Assembly: GCA_963751025.1 (NCBI GenBank)
Contig: CAVVTC010000005.1
Span: 414,515-478,514, forward strand
DNA length: 64,000 nt
Origin: an uncultured Acidobacteriota bacterium
GTDB taxonomy: Bacteria; Acidobacteriota; Vicinamibacteria; Vicinamibacterales; UBA2999
Direction: 5' to 3'
Numbering within the stretch: position 1 is the first letter of the stretch; the number at the start of each line of letters is the position of its first letter. Of the stretch, positions 19,422-31,580 are shown piece after piece. The notes under the pieces are model-generated. The model made no database searches. It had not been told where the DNA came from and saw nothing but the letters and a program-made list of their open reading frames with translations. The translations under genes and the position numbers were made by a program.

Positions 19422-20305
19422 GCTATCTTGATCCGGACGCGAGGCGTCCTGCAAGCAGCGTGGCTTCGATCAGGCTGGTCGGATCGGCGACGTCCTTTGC
19501 CGGCGATGTCGAACGCGGTGCCGTGATCGACCGAGGTGCGGATGATCGGAAGGCCGAGCGTGACGTTGACCGAGTGACCGAACGCGAGCAGCTTGACGGG
19601 AATCAGACCCTGATCGTGATAGCAGGCGATCACCGCGTCGAACTCGCCCTTCGTGGCGCGCACGAACACGGTGTCGCCGGGCAGCGGGCCCGGCGATGTC
19701 GAATGCCGCGCGAACGCGCGGCCTCGACGGCCGGGCGGATCACGGCGCGCTCTTCCGTCGCCGAGCAGGCCCTCCTTCTCCCGCATGAGGATTCAGGCCG
19801 GCGACAGCCAGGCGCGGGCGCGGGATTCCGAAACGCGGCAGCTCCCGGGCCGTGAGATCGATCGTGCCGTCCATGACCTCGCGCGTCAGGACGTCACGGC
19901 AACTGCCGCCAGCGGCACGTGCACCGTGGCGAGCACGACCTTCAGCGGCTCGGACCAGAACATCATCGCGACGCGCGGGCTGCCGGTGAGATGGCCGAGC
20001 AGATCGGTATGGCCCTTCCAGGGCAAGACCCGCCTTCGAGAACGCGAGCTTGTTGATCGGAGCGGTGGCAATGGCCGCAATGCGTGCCGGCCTGCGCGTC
20101 GCGGACGGCGGCGCAGATCGCGTCATACGCCGCACGCCCTGCCTCGGCGGAGAGCACGCCGGGCGTGAACGCTCGATCCTGCGGGTGGTCCGTACAGCAC
20201 CGGTTCGCAGACCTCGCGCACGCGCGCATCGTCCGCGGCCTTGCGCGCGATCTCCGGTCCGATCCCCGCGGGATCACCGACGGTGATCGCGATCCGGGGT
20301 TTCAT
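19422..20305 (-). pseudogene. pdxA: 4-hydroxythreonine-4-phosphate dehydrogenase, at least 5 frame breaks
   Basis: Fragments across ORFs 20123..20305, 19963..20277, 19886..20080, 19740..20135 and 19268..19786 join into one protein. They read [103 protein letters not shown]. The hand-translated tail [22 protein letters not shown] stops at 19422. Confidence 0.85.
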
Positions 20306-21326
20306 CTAGAGCTGAAGAACGAGCCAGTCGGCGACGATCTTCGGGCTGGCGTTGCGCTCGAGCGCGGCGAGGGCTTCGTCCACGGCGGCGTACGCGTTCG
20401 GCACTGCGGCGGCTGTCGAACGTACGGCGCGAGCGACGCGAGCTGCGGTTCGAGATCGGTGTTGCCGATCAGGCGAGGTCGCCGCCGCTGGCCAGGATGC
20501 CCACGTCCCGCAGCAGCGAGCCGAGCGCGCGCAGACACGCGGCGAGCTGATCGCGCTCCGCCGGCCGGATGAGCTCTTCTTCCCCGTGACATCTCTCGCC
20601 GCATCGAGCCGTCGCGACGGGTCGCTCGCGCGGGCGGTGTAGTCGAGCAGATGCTGCGCGCCTTCGCGGGCGTCGACGAGATCCGCGGACTCGGCCTGCG
20701 AGCGCCCGGCCGACGCTGCCTTCGGCGTCAACGGCGACCGCGCGGGCATTCTGCTCCGTGTAGCCGTGGTCTCGCGTCAGCACCTCGGTCAGCTCCGCGG
20801 GCGACAGTCCCGCAAAGCGAAGTCGGGAGCATCGCGAGCGGACGGTCGGCAGGAGCGCATCAGGGATGGACGACACCAGCACGAAGATCGACGCCGACGG
20901 CGGTTCCTCGAGCGTCTTGAGCAGTGCGCTCTGCGGTGGCGCCGCCATCGCATCCGCTTCGTCGATGATCACCACCCGCCGCCGGCCTTCGAACGGCCGA
21001 TAGTCTGCGCGATCGATCACGTCGCGCACCTGCTCGATCTTGATCGAGCCCATGTCGCCCGGCTCGATGACGATCACGTCCGGGATGCACACCGCGCTGG
21101 ATGCGCCGGCAGGCCGCGACACTCCCCGCATCCGTCGCGGGCGAAATCAGCCGAGCTCCTGCGGCTTGAGACAGTTCAGGGCCTCGGCGATGGCCACGGC
21201 CGCGCGGCGCTTGCCGACGCCGGCGGGACCGGCCAGGAGCAGCGCGGGCGGCAGGGTCTCACGCGCGACCGCGCGCGACAGCAGCGACAGCAGACGCCGG
21301 TGACCGACGATGGTGCGAAAGGGCAC
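20306..21326 (-). pseudogene. holB: DNA polymerase III delta-prime subunit, at least 4 frame breaks
   Basis: VPFRTIVGHRRLLSLL...LLLAGPAGVGKRRAAVAIAEALNC, then CRRIQRGVHPDVIVIEP, RRVVIIDEADAM, ALLKTLEEPP and VRSRCSRLRF, spread over ORFs 21147..21458, 20469..21131 and 20306..20749. GTG start at 21326. Confidence 0.8.
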
Positions 21327-21372
21327 GAAGATAATTATGTGCGGGATCCCCGTGTGACAATGCCCTCGTCCA

Positions 21373-22783
21373 ATGTCCCGAGGTCCAGTAATTGCGGCGT
21401 GGCTGCTCGGCGTCCTCACCGCCGTTGCGCTCGCCGGGAGCGTGTACCGCGTCCCCATCCAGGTCTCTGACTCCCTGGAAGTGATTCAACGGGTCGTCCC
21501 GATGCCCTCGGCGACCGCCGCGTTCGTCGAGGGTCTCCACAACTCGGCGACCATGCTCCGGCCGCTCAAGGAGGTGCGCACGAAGCTGCTCGTCGAGGCG
21601 GGAAACGCATCCGGCGGCCGCTATCATCTGGTCTTTCGCGGCTACCACGCCCTGGCCGGCGCCCTCCTCATCGGCCTCTTTGTCTGGGTATGCCGCGCGC
21701 GCACGTGGACCGACGTCGCCGCACTGTCCGTCGGGCTCGTCGTGCTCACCGGCATGCACACCTTCGTCGGGCTGTTCCGCGAGGCCTTTCCGGTCAACCA
21801 CTTCCTGATCGTCGCGATCTGCACGCTCGCAACCGTGGCCGTGGCGCAGACGCGCGGCGGATGGCTCGCCGATCTCGTCGCCGCCGGTCTGTTCGCCCTC
21901 GCCGCGCTCTCGTTCGAGTCCGGCCTGCTGGTGTGGCCGGTTGCCGTCGCGGCGTATGCGTCGGGTCTGCGCGGCATCTCCAGGCGCGGCCTCGTCGCCA
22001 TGACCGTCGTGCTGCTCGTCTACGCCGGCGCACGCGGGTACCTCCTCACGGAGCCCACCATCGGCGTCGGCCAGCGCGGGACTGGCTTCGGCGCCGGCGC
22101 GTTGACTCCCGAAGAACAGGTCGCACGATTCGGCGCCAATCCCCTGCCGTTCTACGCCTACAACGTCGCGGCGGCGTCCTCGTCGGTGCTGTTCTCACAG
22201 CCGACGATCGGGCAGATTCACGGCGATCAACGCCTGGCGCAACGGATCGCTTCCGCCGGTGTACATGCTGCAGATCGGCTCGTCGCTGCTGACGTCGCTG
22301 CTGATCGCTTGGTACGCGCTCGGGAAGGACGAGCAGGGCCGCCGGCGCTGGCGTGAGCCGGTTCCGCTGGCGTTCATCACCACGCTCGCGGTCAGCGCGG
22401 TGATGTCGTACGCCTACGCCAAGGACGAGATCATCAGCACCGCAGGCGTGTTCTACGCGTTGACCGCGTTCCTGGCGATCCGCGCGCTGCTCGCACGGCG
22501 ACCGCCTCTGTGGCTCGCGCCGGTCCTGATCGTTCTTGCGCTGACCGTCAGCGCCGCGTGGGCGATGCGCTCGGTGGGACTGCATCTGAAGCTCCGCCAC
22601 GGCGCATTCGAGGCGCGCTCGGAATGGACCTACGTCCTGAACCCGTCAACGCGCGCGACCTGGCCCACCGACCCGCGCACGCTGCGCGTCGTCTCCCGCA
22701 TGCGGGATGAGGCGCTGATGCAGCCGACCATCGCGCCGGCGCTGCTGCCGCGGTGGACCGAGCGGTGGTGGGGCGAGGATTGA
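21373..22783 (+). pseudogene. Polytopic membrane protein of unknown function, one frame break near 22250
   Basis: ORF 21373..22356 has many hydrophobic spans. It continues in ORF 22259..22783 (VYMLQIGSSLLTSLLIAWYAL...). No diagnostic motif. Confidence 0.5.
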
Positions 22784-22785
22784 GC

Positions 22786-23245
22786 ATGCGCTGGCCGTCC
22801 CTGGTGATCGCCGTTGCGCTGGCGCTGCCGCCGGTGGCGACGCTCGCTGCGCTTGCCGCATCCGGCACGGTGGCGCTGGTCAGCGGGCAGCCGCTCCTCT
22901 GGCCGGCGCAGCCGGTGACGCTGACCGAGGCGATCGGGATGCACGATACCGGCGAGATCGTCCGCCAGCTCGCGCTCGGCGCGAATCCCAACGCGCACTA
23001 CGACGCGTGGGACATCCTCAAGCGGTATCAGCACGTCTCGGTGACGCCGCTCGAGGCGGCCGTCGCCACGCGCGAGCCGCATCTCTTCGAGCTGATCGTC
23101 GCGCACGGCGGCCTGTTGACGCCCGAGAACGCGCGCCACCTGCACTGCTTCGCCGTGCAGGAGCGCGCTGCCGACGATCGCGGCCTACCTCGCCGAGCGC
23201 TTTCCGCCAACGGCTTCATGCGACGGAGTACAGCTGCCATGGTGA
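22786..23245 (+). pseudogene. Small secreted ankyrin-repeat-like protein, one frame break near 23176
   Basis: ATG at 22786. The signal-like MRWPSLVIAVALALPPVATLAALAA is followed by TPLEAAVATREPHLFELIVAHGGLL (ankyrin-like). The hand-translated tail AADIAAYLAERFPP...stop at 23245 is one frame over. Confidence 0.4.
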
Positions 23246-23303
23246 AACCGTCTCTTGCTTCTCGGGTCACGACAGCCAGAACCCGACGACAGGTGACGGC
23301 AAG

Positions 23304-24085
23304 ATGGGCTTTCTCGATCACCTCGAGGAGCTGCGCATCGCGGCTGATTCGCTCGTGCCTGGCGATTGGCGCCGGCATGGTCGTGGCCTTCGTCTTCCGC
23401 GATCGGATCGCCAAAGTGGTGCTGCAGCCGACACTCGACGCCCTGCCACCGGGCACGTCGCTCGTCGCAACCAGGATGGGTGAGACGTTCGCCTTCTACC
23501 TCGACGTCGCGTTGATTGGCGGTGTCGTGATCGCCGCACCGTACGTGCTGTTTCAGGTGTGGCGCTTCATCGCGCCGGGCCTGCACGCGCACGAGCGGCG
23601 GCTCGCGGTGCCGTTCATGCTGATGGCCGTCGGCCTGCACCGTCGCCGGCGCGCTGTTCACGCACTACCTGCTCTTCCCGTCCACGGTCGAGTTCTTCGC
23701 GCAGTTCGACTCCGAGTCGATCAAGCTGACGCCGAAGCTGGAAGATACCTTCGGCCTCTATCGAAACATGATGCTCGGCATGGTCGCCGTGTTTCAGCTG
23801 CCGACGCTGGTCTTCTTCCTGAGCCTGATGCAGGTCGTGACCGCGCGCTGGCTGGTGCGTCACATCCAATACGCCATCCTCGTCAGCTTCATCGTCGCCG
23901 CGCTGCTGACGGCGTCGGCCGATCCGTGGAACCAGACCATCATGGCCGCGCCGATGATCGGGCTCTATCTGGTCAGCATCGTCGTCGCGTGGCTGGTGGG
24001 CCTGCGAAACAGGGACGCCATCCATGCCGATGACGCAAGGAAGCTGCGCCTGGTCGTGACGGCGACAATGGCCGATCAGATCTGA
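23304..24085 (+). pseudogene. tatC: Sec-independent protein translocase TatC, two frame breaks (about 23340 and 23640)
   Basis: MGFLDHLEELRI | RLIRSCLAIGAGMVVAFVF...FYLDVALIGGVVIAAPYVLFQVWRFIAPGLHAHERR | ...[14 protein letters not shown]...[21 protein letters not shown]...[17 protein letters not shown], spread over three frames. Confidence 0.85.
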
Positions 24086-24108
24086 AGGCGGGTCCTGAAG
24101 ACCCGCCT
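24086..24108. terminator. GC hairpin of the REP-like family, exactly between convergent tatC and RND stops
   Basis: aggcgggtc-ctgaa-gacccgcct. The reverse complement reads gtagaggcgggtcttcaggacccgcct, so the RND TAG stop is part of the gtag flank. Confidence 0.6.
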
Positions 24109-27100
24109 CTACACGGGCGTGACGGGGTTCGGGAGCGGGAGCTTCGATCGGATCCAGCTGAAGCCGCGAACCACGACGCGCTTCTCGCGCGCGTCCTCGA
24201 ACAGCGAGTAGGCGACCGGCGTCACGAGCAGCGTCAGCACCAGCACCAGCGTCTGGCCGCCGATGACGACGAAGCCGATCGCGTGATTGGTGGCCGAGCC
24301 GACACCGCTCGTCAGCACCAGCGGGATCATGCCGGCGACGAACGCCAGCGTCGTCATCAGAATCGGCCGCAGCCGATCGCGGCACGCCTGGACGATCGCG
24401 TCGACGCGTGTCGAGCCCGGCCTCGCGCAGCTGGTTGGCGTGATCGATCTGCAGGATCGAGTTCTTCTTCACGACCCCGAACAGCACCAGCATGCCGAGC
24501 GCCGAGAAGATGTTCAGCGACTGGCCGAAGATCACGATCGACAGCAGCGCGAACGGCAGCGTCAGCGGCAGCGACAGCAGGATCGTCACCGGGTGCAGCC
24601 ACGACTCGAACTGCGCCGCCAGCACGAGATACATGAAGATCAGCGACAGCGCGAGCGCCTGCAGGAACGCGCTGGCCGTGCGATTCAGCTCGCGCGAGCG
24701 CCCGGCGAAGCCGGTGCGGTACTCGGACCCGAGACCGAGCTGCGCCGCCGCCGTCGGCCATCTGCTCCTGCGCCGCGGCCTGCGACGTGCCGGGCAGCAT
24801 GTTCGCGCCCACCGTCACCTGCCGCTGGCGATTCAGCCGCCGGATGTCGGCCGGCGCCTCGCCGTGCACGAACGACGCGATGTTCTCGAGCGCCACGCTG
24901 CCCAGGCGCGACGACGGGCACGGTCAGCTTGCGCAATCGCGGCCTCCGAGCCGCGATCGGTCTCCTCGGCGCGCAGGTGCACCTCGGTACTGCTCGCCGC
25001 CTTCGTTGTAGGTCGTCACCTGATCGCCGCCGACCAGCAGTCGCAGCGCGTCGGCGGCATCGGACACCTGCACGCCGAGGTCGGCGGCCTTCGGCCGATC
25101 GAGGCGCACCGACATCTCCGGCTTGCCGACGCGCAGCGACGTGTCCACGTCCACGAGGCCGGGGATCGCGCGGGTGCAGTTCGGCCAGCGAGCTGCTCGC
25201 CCGCTCGAGCGCGTTCGAAGGTCGCGGCCCCTGCATCACGAACTCGACGTCGCCCTGACCGCCGCCGCCGCCGCCACCGCCGCCGCCGATGCCGGGCACC
25301 TGCAGCGTCGTGCGCATCCCCGGCGCGGCTGTCTTCGGCAGGAGTCTCGTTGCGGATCTGCTCCATGATCTCGAACATGTCGCGGTCCCGCTCGCCGAGC
25401 GGCTTCAGCTTCACGTACAGAGACGCCGTGTTCAGCGTGCCTGCCGAGTCACCGGCCACGGTAACCATCGTGTAGACCACTTCAGGAATCTGCCGGATGG
25501 CCGCCGACACGCGGTTGGCCATCACCTCGGTCGCCTCGAGGCTCGTGCCTTCGGGCGCGCGCAGGCTGACGTCGAACTCGGACTGATCGTCCTGCGGCGT
25601 GAAGTTGACGTTGACGATCCGGAACATCGGCACGCTCGAGAACAGCACCAGCACCGCGAGCGCCGGCGATGATGCCGCGATGCGCCATCGACCACTCGAG
25701 CATCCGCGTGTAGACGCGATCGAGCGGCCCGAAGATCTTCGAGTGCTTCGAGTCGTGGACGTGATGATCCTCGTCCTCGGTCCGCGGCTTCACCTTCAGC
25801 CAGCGCGCGCACATCATCGGCGTCAGCGTGAAGCTGACGAGCAGCGACACCATCACCGCGAACGCCATCGTCAGGCCGAAGCTCCGCATGAAGCGGCCGA
25901 CCATGCCGCTCATGAAGCCGACCGGCGCGAAGATCGCCACCAGCGACAGCGTGGTGGCCATGACCGCGAGCCCGATCTCCCTGGTCCCCTCGATCGCCGC
26001 CTGCATCGGCGGCATGCCCTTCTCCTCGATGAACCGGTAGATGTTCTCGAGCACGACAATCGCGTCGTCGATGACGATGCCGACCGAGAGCGTCAGCGCG
26101 AGCATCGTCAGCATGTTGAGCGTGAAGCCGCATGTACCAGAGCAGCGCGAACGTGGCGATGATCGACGTCGGAATCGAGATCGCCGCGATGATCGTCGAG
26201 CGGAGGTTGCCGAGGAACAGCAGGACCACGAACGCGGCCAGCAGCGAGCCGACGATCAGGTGCTCCTGGACGCTGCGGATCGACGCCTCGATGAACTCCG
26301 CCTCGTCGCGGACGATGCGCAGCTGATAGCCCGGCGGCAGCGCCGCCTGGATGTCCGCGAGCCGCTCCTTGACGTTGTTGACGACCTCGACGGTGTTGGT
26401 GCCGGACTGCTTGCGGATCTGCAGCAGCACCGTCGGATCGCCGTTGATGCTGGCGAGCGTCGTGGCCTCGGCCACGCCGTCGTCGACGCGCGCCGACGTC
26501 GTCGACCTGTACCGGGTGGCCGTCCACCTGGCGCACGACCAGGTCGCCGAACTCCTCGGGCGTCTCGACGCGGCCGCGCGTGCGCATCGTGATCGACTGC
26601 GCGCCCTCGTCGATGCGGCCGCCGGGGATGTCGGCGTTCTGCGACTGCAGCGTCCGCGCCACGTCGTTGACGGTCAGGTTGTAGGCGCGCAGCCGATCGG
26701 CGTCCACCCAGACGTTGATCTGCCGTTTGCGGCCGCCGAGCACCAGCACCTGGCCGACGCCGTCGGCGCTCTCGAGACGCCGGCGCAGCACCTTGTCGGT
26801 GTACTCGGTGACTTCGCGGATCGGCTTCTTCGCCGTCACCGCGATCGTGAGGATCGGCGACGCGTCGGGGTCCTGCTTCTCGATCGTCGGCTGGGTGATC
26901 GTGCGCGGCAGCAGCGGCAGGATGCGGTTGATGCGGTCGCGCACTTCCTGCGCCGCGACGTCGGCGTTCTTCTCGAGGCGGAAGGTCACGACGACCTGCG
27001 AGATGCCCTCGGCGGAGTTCGAGCTGAGCTGATCGATGCCGCTGATCGTGTTGACCGCTTCCTCGATCTTGTCGGTGACCTCGCTCTCCACCTGCTCGGG

Positions 27101-27268
27101 CGCCGCGCCCGGCAGACGCGTGGTCACGGTGACGGTTGGAAAGTCCACGTGCGGCAATCGATCGACGCCGAGCTGCCCGAAGGCGAAGACGCCGACGACG
27201 ACCAGCGAGAGGATCAGGACCGAGGCAAAGACCGGACGACGAACACAGAGTTCAGCAAGCCACTGCAT
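24109..27268 (-). pseudogene. RND (HAE1/AcrB-like) efflux transporter permease, at least 7 frame breaks
   Basis: The start reads MQWLAELCVRRPVFASVLILSLVVVG...TVTTRLPGAAPEQVESEVTDKIEEA. Later pieces read [111 protein letters not shown] and [14 protein letters not shown]. They are spread over 8 ORF-track pieces. Confidence 0.85.
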
Positions 27269-27275
27269 GACGCAC

Positions 27276-28533
27276 CTACTTCGCGGCGACGCGAACGCCG
27301 TCGGCCAGCGTCGCGACGTTGGAGGTCGCGACCTGTTCGCCGGCTTTGAGCCCGGTCGTGATCTCGATGAGATCGCCGACCGGCTGACCGACGGTGACGA
27401 TCCGCTCCTCGGCGCGGTCGCCCGACACGACGAACACGCGCGACGTGCCGGCGACGGTCCGCACCGCGGCCGCCGGCACCAGCACGCCGGGACTGCGTGG
27501 GCCTGCTCGATCAGCGCGGTCGCGAACGAGCCTGGCCGCAGCGCACCGCCGTCGTTGGGGACCACGGCTTCGACGACCAGCGTGCGCGAGTTGGCCTCGA
27601 GAGCCGGCGAGACATAGCGCACCTGCCCGTCGAATTTCTTTCCCGGCGAGGCGTCCACCTGGAACGAGACCGCGCGGCCGACGGCGACTCCGGCGCTGTA
27701 CTGCTCGGGCACGGTGAGCTCGACCCGAAGCGGGTTGGTCCGCATCACCGAGGCGACCTTCGTTCCGCGCGTGACGTAATCGCCAACCGACACGAGCCGT
27801 TCGCCGACGACGCCGGCAAACGGCGCCCGGACGACCGTGTCGGCGAGCGGCCTTGCTGGCCATGACGAGGCGCGCGCGCGCGCCGAGCAGCGCCTGGTAC
27901 TGCTGCATCGATGCCGTTCCTGGCGATCTCGAACTGCCGCCGCGCGACTTCGGCCTGCGCGCTCTGCCGATCGAACTCGGCCTGCGACAGGAGCTTCTTC
28001 TCGAACAGCATCCGCGCGCGTTCGAAGTCGCCCTCGCGCGAGCGTCAGCTGCGCGCGGGCATTGGCCACTTCGGGCACGCGATCGATATCGGAACTCGGC
28101 GCTGCGTCTCCCGAACGCCTTGACGGCGTTCCTCAGTGCCGCGGAGGCCGAGTCGGCCTTCGAGTTGCGCCGCGTTGGCCTCGGCCTCGGCCGCCTGCGC
28201 CTGCGCCTCGGCGGGCGAGATGCGAATCAGATCGGCGCCTTCAGCCACCCGCGTGCCGCGCTCGACCGGCGTCGCGATCACCCGGCCCTGGATCTCGGCC
28301 GCCACTTCCGCTTCTTCTTCCGCCGCGAGCGTGCCGGTGACTTTCAGAAACCGCGTGATCGGCTGCTCCGTCGCGGCCGCCACCGACAGGCGCATCGCCT
28401 CGGGCTCGCCTGCCTTCGTCGAGGATTCACCTTCCGCCGTGCCGCACCCCGAGAGGCAGTCCCGCGACGAGCGCCACGACCGCCAGCGATCCCGCCACCG
28501 CTCGTCGAGCATTGTGGCATCGAGCCTTGAGCA
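27276..28533 (-). pseudogene. RND membrane fusion protein (HlyD/AcrA family lipoprotein), at least 4 frame breaks
   Basis: MLKARCHNARRAVAGSLAVVALVAGLPLG|CGTAEGES (break in the C4 run 28447-28450). It continues ITRFLKVTGTLAAEEEAEVAAEIQGRV, VVRAPFAGVVGERLVSVGDYV, LRVELTVPEQ, VPAAAVRTVAGTSRVFVV. Confidence 0.8.
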
Positions 28534-29171
28534 TTGTGCGAGGCCGAAGGCCGCGCGTGCCGCGGCGCGCCGGCGCGTATGCCCGCGATCGTCGTCTCGA
28601 TCGCATCGCGAACGAGCGCGTCGGCATCTTCGGGCGTGGTCCGGTTCGACACGCGCAGCGCGGCGATGCCGAGGATCGGCGCAAACAGCAGTCGCAGTGC
28701 AACCTCGGCGTGCGTCGTCGCCGGGAACACACCTTCGGCGATGCAGCGTTCGACCTGCGACAGCGCCCGATTCCGCATCTCCGAAATGAACGAGAAGCGC
28801 TCGTACTCGCGGCTCACGCGCGGGACGTGGCGGTCGAGAAACACGAGCGCGAAGTACTGCGGCTGCTCCTTGCTGAACTCGGAGAGACGCCACAGCGTCG
28901 CGCGCACGTCGTCCAGCGCATCGGCGCTCGGCTCGTCGCTGACCTCACTGCCGCCGATCTGACGGAAGCCTTCCTCGGCGAGCGCGAAGAAGATCTCGTC
29001 CTTCGACGGGAAGTAGCTGTAGATCGCGGCCGGGCTGTATTCGACCTTGGCGGCGATGGCTCGGATGGAAACCTGGGTGTAGCCGTCGGCGATGAAGAGC
29101 TCGAGGGCGGCGTCGAGGATGGCGCGACGCGTGCTTTCACGCGCCTGCTGCTGGCGTTCTTCGCGACTCAT
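28344..29171 (-). CDS. TetR/AcrR-family transcriptional regulator; 3' end uncertain
   Basis: The HTH region reads RRAILDAALELFIADGYTQVSIRAIAAKVEYSPAAIYSYFPSKDEIF. The ORF runs about 60 codons past a normal TetR length into the MFP start, so the stop was probably lost to an indel. Confidence 0.8.
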   Translation of the reverse strand: MSREERQQQARESTRRAILDAALELFIADGYTQVSIRAIAAKVEYSPAAIYSYFPSKDEIFFALAEEGFRQIGGSEVSDEPSADALDDVRATLWRLSEFSKEQPQYFALVFLDRHVPRVSREYERFSFISEMRNRALSQVERCIAEGVFPATTHAEVALRLLFAPILGIAALRVSNRTTPEDADALVRDAIETTIAGIRAGAPRHARPSASHNAQGSMPQCSTSGGGIAGGRGARRGTASRGAARRKVNPRRRQASPRRCACRWRPRRSSRSRGF

Positions 29172-29193
29172 TTTTCCTGCTGTATTTGTGAAT

Positions 29194-29231
29194 TGAACGG
29201 TGTTCAGTATTCTAAACGATGTTCAGTTCAC
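29194..29231 (-). promoter_or_regulatory. AT-rich promoter/operator region of the TetR-MFP-RND operon with GTTCA repeats
   Basis: Palindrome TGAACGGTGTTCA at 29194-29206. Direct repeat cgRtgttcagt at 29198-29208 and 29217-29227. On the minus strand, TAGAAT is a -10 candidate about 40 nt upstream of the TetR ATG. Confidence 0.4.
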
Positions 29232-29245
29232 AACACAACAGGGCG

Positions 29246-31573
29246 TCAGTCTATGCGTTTTCGGTCGTCCTTGCGGCCTTCCTTCTTGTCGTCCTTGCCG
29301 ACGCCAAACACCCGCGACCAGAACCCGCGCTTCTTCGGTGCGGGCTGCGCCTCCGCTCTCGGCGCCGGCGCGGCCTCGCTCACCACCGGCGGCGCCGGAG
29401 CGGCCACGGTGCCGTGTGCGGCCGGAGCGGACTTCGGCATGAAGAGCGACGCCAGCGCGCGGAAGGGCCGCGAGAGGACGGGGTTGTGCAGCGGGCACGA
29501 GTCGGTCGGCTCGGTGCCGGCGACGAAGTTTTCGTAGTAGGCCGTCGAGCGCCGCTCGCCGCCGCGGGACGGCTCCTCGTCGCGGCACGCATCGGTCGCC
29601 AGCCTGCCGCTCAGACGACAGATCCGGGCGGTGGTGACATTGCTCGGACGGCTGAACCACTCCGCTTTGTCGCTGCGGGTGGCTTCCTTCATGAAGTGCG
29701 CCCACATCGGCACGGCCAGTTCCGCGGCGTAGCCACGCCCGATGATCGTGCGCGGCTGGTCGTACCCCACCCACACGCCGGTCGCCAGCCGCGGCGTGAA
29801 GCCGATGAACCAGGCGTCGTGATAGTCGTTGGTCGTGCCCGTCTTGCCCGCGGCCGGCAACATGAATCCTTCGCGCCGCGCCGGCCACGCCGTCCCGGAG
29901 TTGATGACGTCGGCGAGCATCTCCGCCATCTGAAACGCCGTGGCCTCGGAGATCGCGCGCTGCGACGTGTGCTCGTCCCGGTAGAGGACCTGCCCGTCGC
30001 TCGTCTCGACGCGGCGGACGAGGACCGGCGTCGGCACCACGCCCTCGTTGGCAAAGGTGGAAAACGCCGAGGTCATCGACAGCAGCGTGACCTCACCCGA
30101 TCCCAGCGCCAGCGACGGCACACTCGGCACGGAGCCGACGCCCATCAACTTCGCGTACTCCACGGTGACCGGAATGCCCACGTCGTCCAGCATCCGCACC
30201 GCGGCTCGATTGCTGGACGTGCGCAGCGCCGTCCGCATCGTCATCGACGGACTCTCGAGATGTTCGTCTTCCGGCACCCACGCGCCCTGGAGCGTCATGA
30301 TCGGCTCGTCGAGCTTCTCGATGAGCGTGGCCGGCGAGAAACCGCGCTCGAGCGCGGCCGCATAGACGAACGGCTTGAACGCCGAGCCCGGCTGGCGCTT
30401 GGCCTGCGTGGCGCGATTGAAGGAGCTCTGCGCGAAGTCGCGGCCGCCGACCATCGCGCGCACGTCGCCGGTGTGCGGGATCCATGGCCACGAGCGCGGC
30501 CTGCAGCGAATCCTCGCCGCTGGTCTTGCGCGCGCCCTGGCGCTTCTCGATCGCGGCGAGCGCGAGAGCGACCGCATTCTCTGCCGCTTTCTGCATGTCG
30601 AGATCGACTGTCGTGTAGACCTTCAGTCCGCCCTGATAGACGCGATCCCATCCGAAGCGCTGGACGAGGAATCGGCGCACTTCCTCCTTGAAGTACTGAC
30701 CGAACGCCTCGCCTCGTCGCAGGCCGTCGTCGAGCACGACCGGCTCGCGTGAGGCGGCGTCGTACGCCGCAGCGGTCGATCATCTTCTCGTCGCGCATCG
30801 CCTGGAGCACGACGTTGCGTCGCGCTTTCGCGCGTTCGACGCTGACGGTGGGCGCGTACGAGGACGGCGCCTTGACCAGCCCGGCGAGCAGCGCGGCCTC
30901 GGCCACCGAGACCTCGGAGGCGTGCTTGCCGAAGTAGCCGAGCGATGCGGCCTCGACGCCGTAGAGCCCGTCGCCGAAATACACCTTGTTGAGATACATC
31001 GCGAGGATCTCGTCCTTCGGTGAACTGACGCTCGAGACGCGCGGCGACGACGATCTCGGTGAGCTTGCGGCGAATAGTCTTGTCGGGGGTCAGGAAGCTC
31101 TGTCGGGCGAGCTGCTGCGTGATCGTGCTGCCGCCCTGAGCCAGACGGCCTTCGAGGACGTTGTTCAGGGCCGCGCCGCCAACGCGGACGATATCGACAC
31201 CGCGGTGGTCGTAGAAGCGCTGATCCTCGATCGCGAGGATCGCCTGCACGAGCCTGGGAGAGACGTCCGACAGCGGGACATCGATGCGCTGCTCGCGAAA
31301 GATCGTGAACGCGGCCTGATCCTTCGCGTCGAAGAGCGTCGTGGCCTGCGCCATCGAGCCGATGCCGCGCAGCGCCTCGCGATCGGGCACCTGGCTGGCG
31401 ACGCTGGCGACGAACCAGATGCTGGCGATGAGGACGGCTGCGGCGGCCGACGCCGCCGCGATCGCGATCCGGCGATGCGCGCGATAGAGCGCCGCCAGCT
31501 TCGCTCGATCCAGGGTGGCCAGCTCGTGGTAGAGCGCGGCCAGCCGGGCAGGCATCCTCGTCCGGATGTTCAT
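29246..31573 (-). pseudogene. Class A penicillin-binding protein (PBP1A family: transglycosylase + transpeptidase), 3 frame breaks
   Basis: The GT51 motifs are AILAIEDQRFYDHRGVD, GGSTITQQLAR and ILAMYLNKVYFGDG. The transpeptidase motifs are RQPGSAFKPFVY, SSN and KTGTTND. The pieces lie in ORFs 30623..31573, 30295..30999, 30093..30737 and 29246..30577. Confidence 0.85.
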
Positions 31574-31580
31574 AGATGGG

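Noticed and set aside
28344-28540. A genuinely long TetR C-terminal extension overlapping the MFP gene start.
   Set aside because: The extension is R/G/S-rich and runs through the well-supported MFP signal peptide in another frame. A lost stop codon from an indel is more likely.
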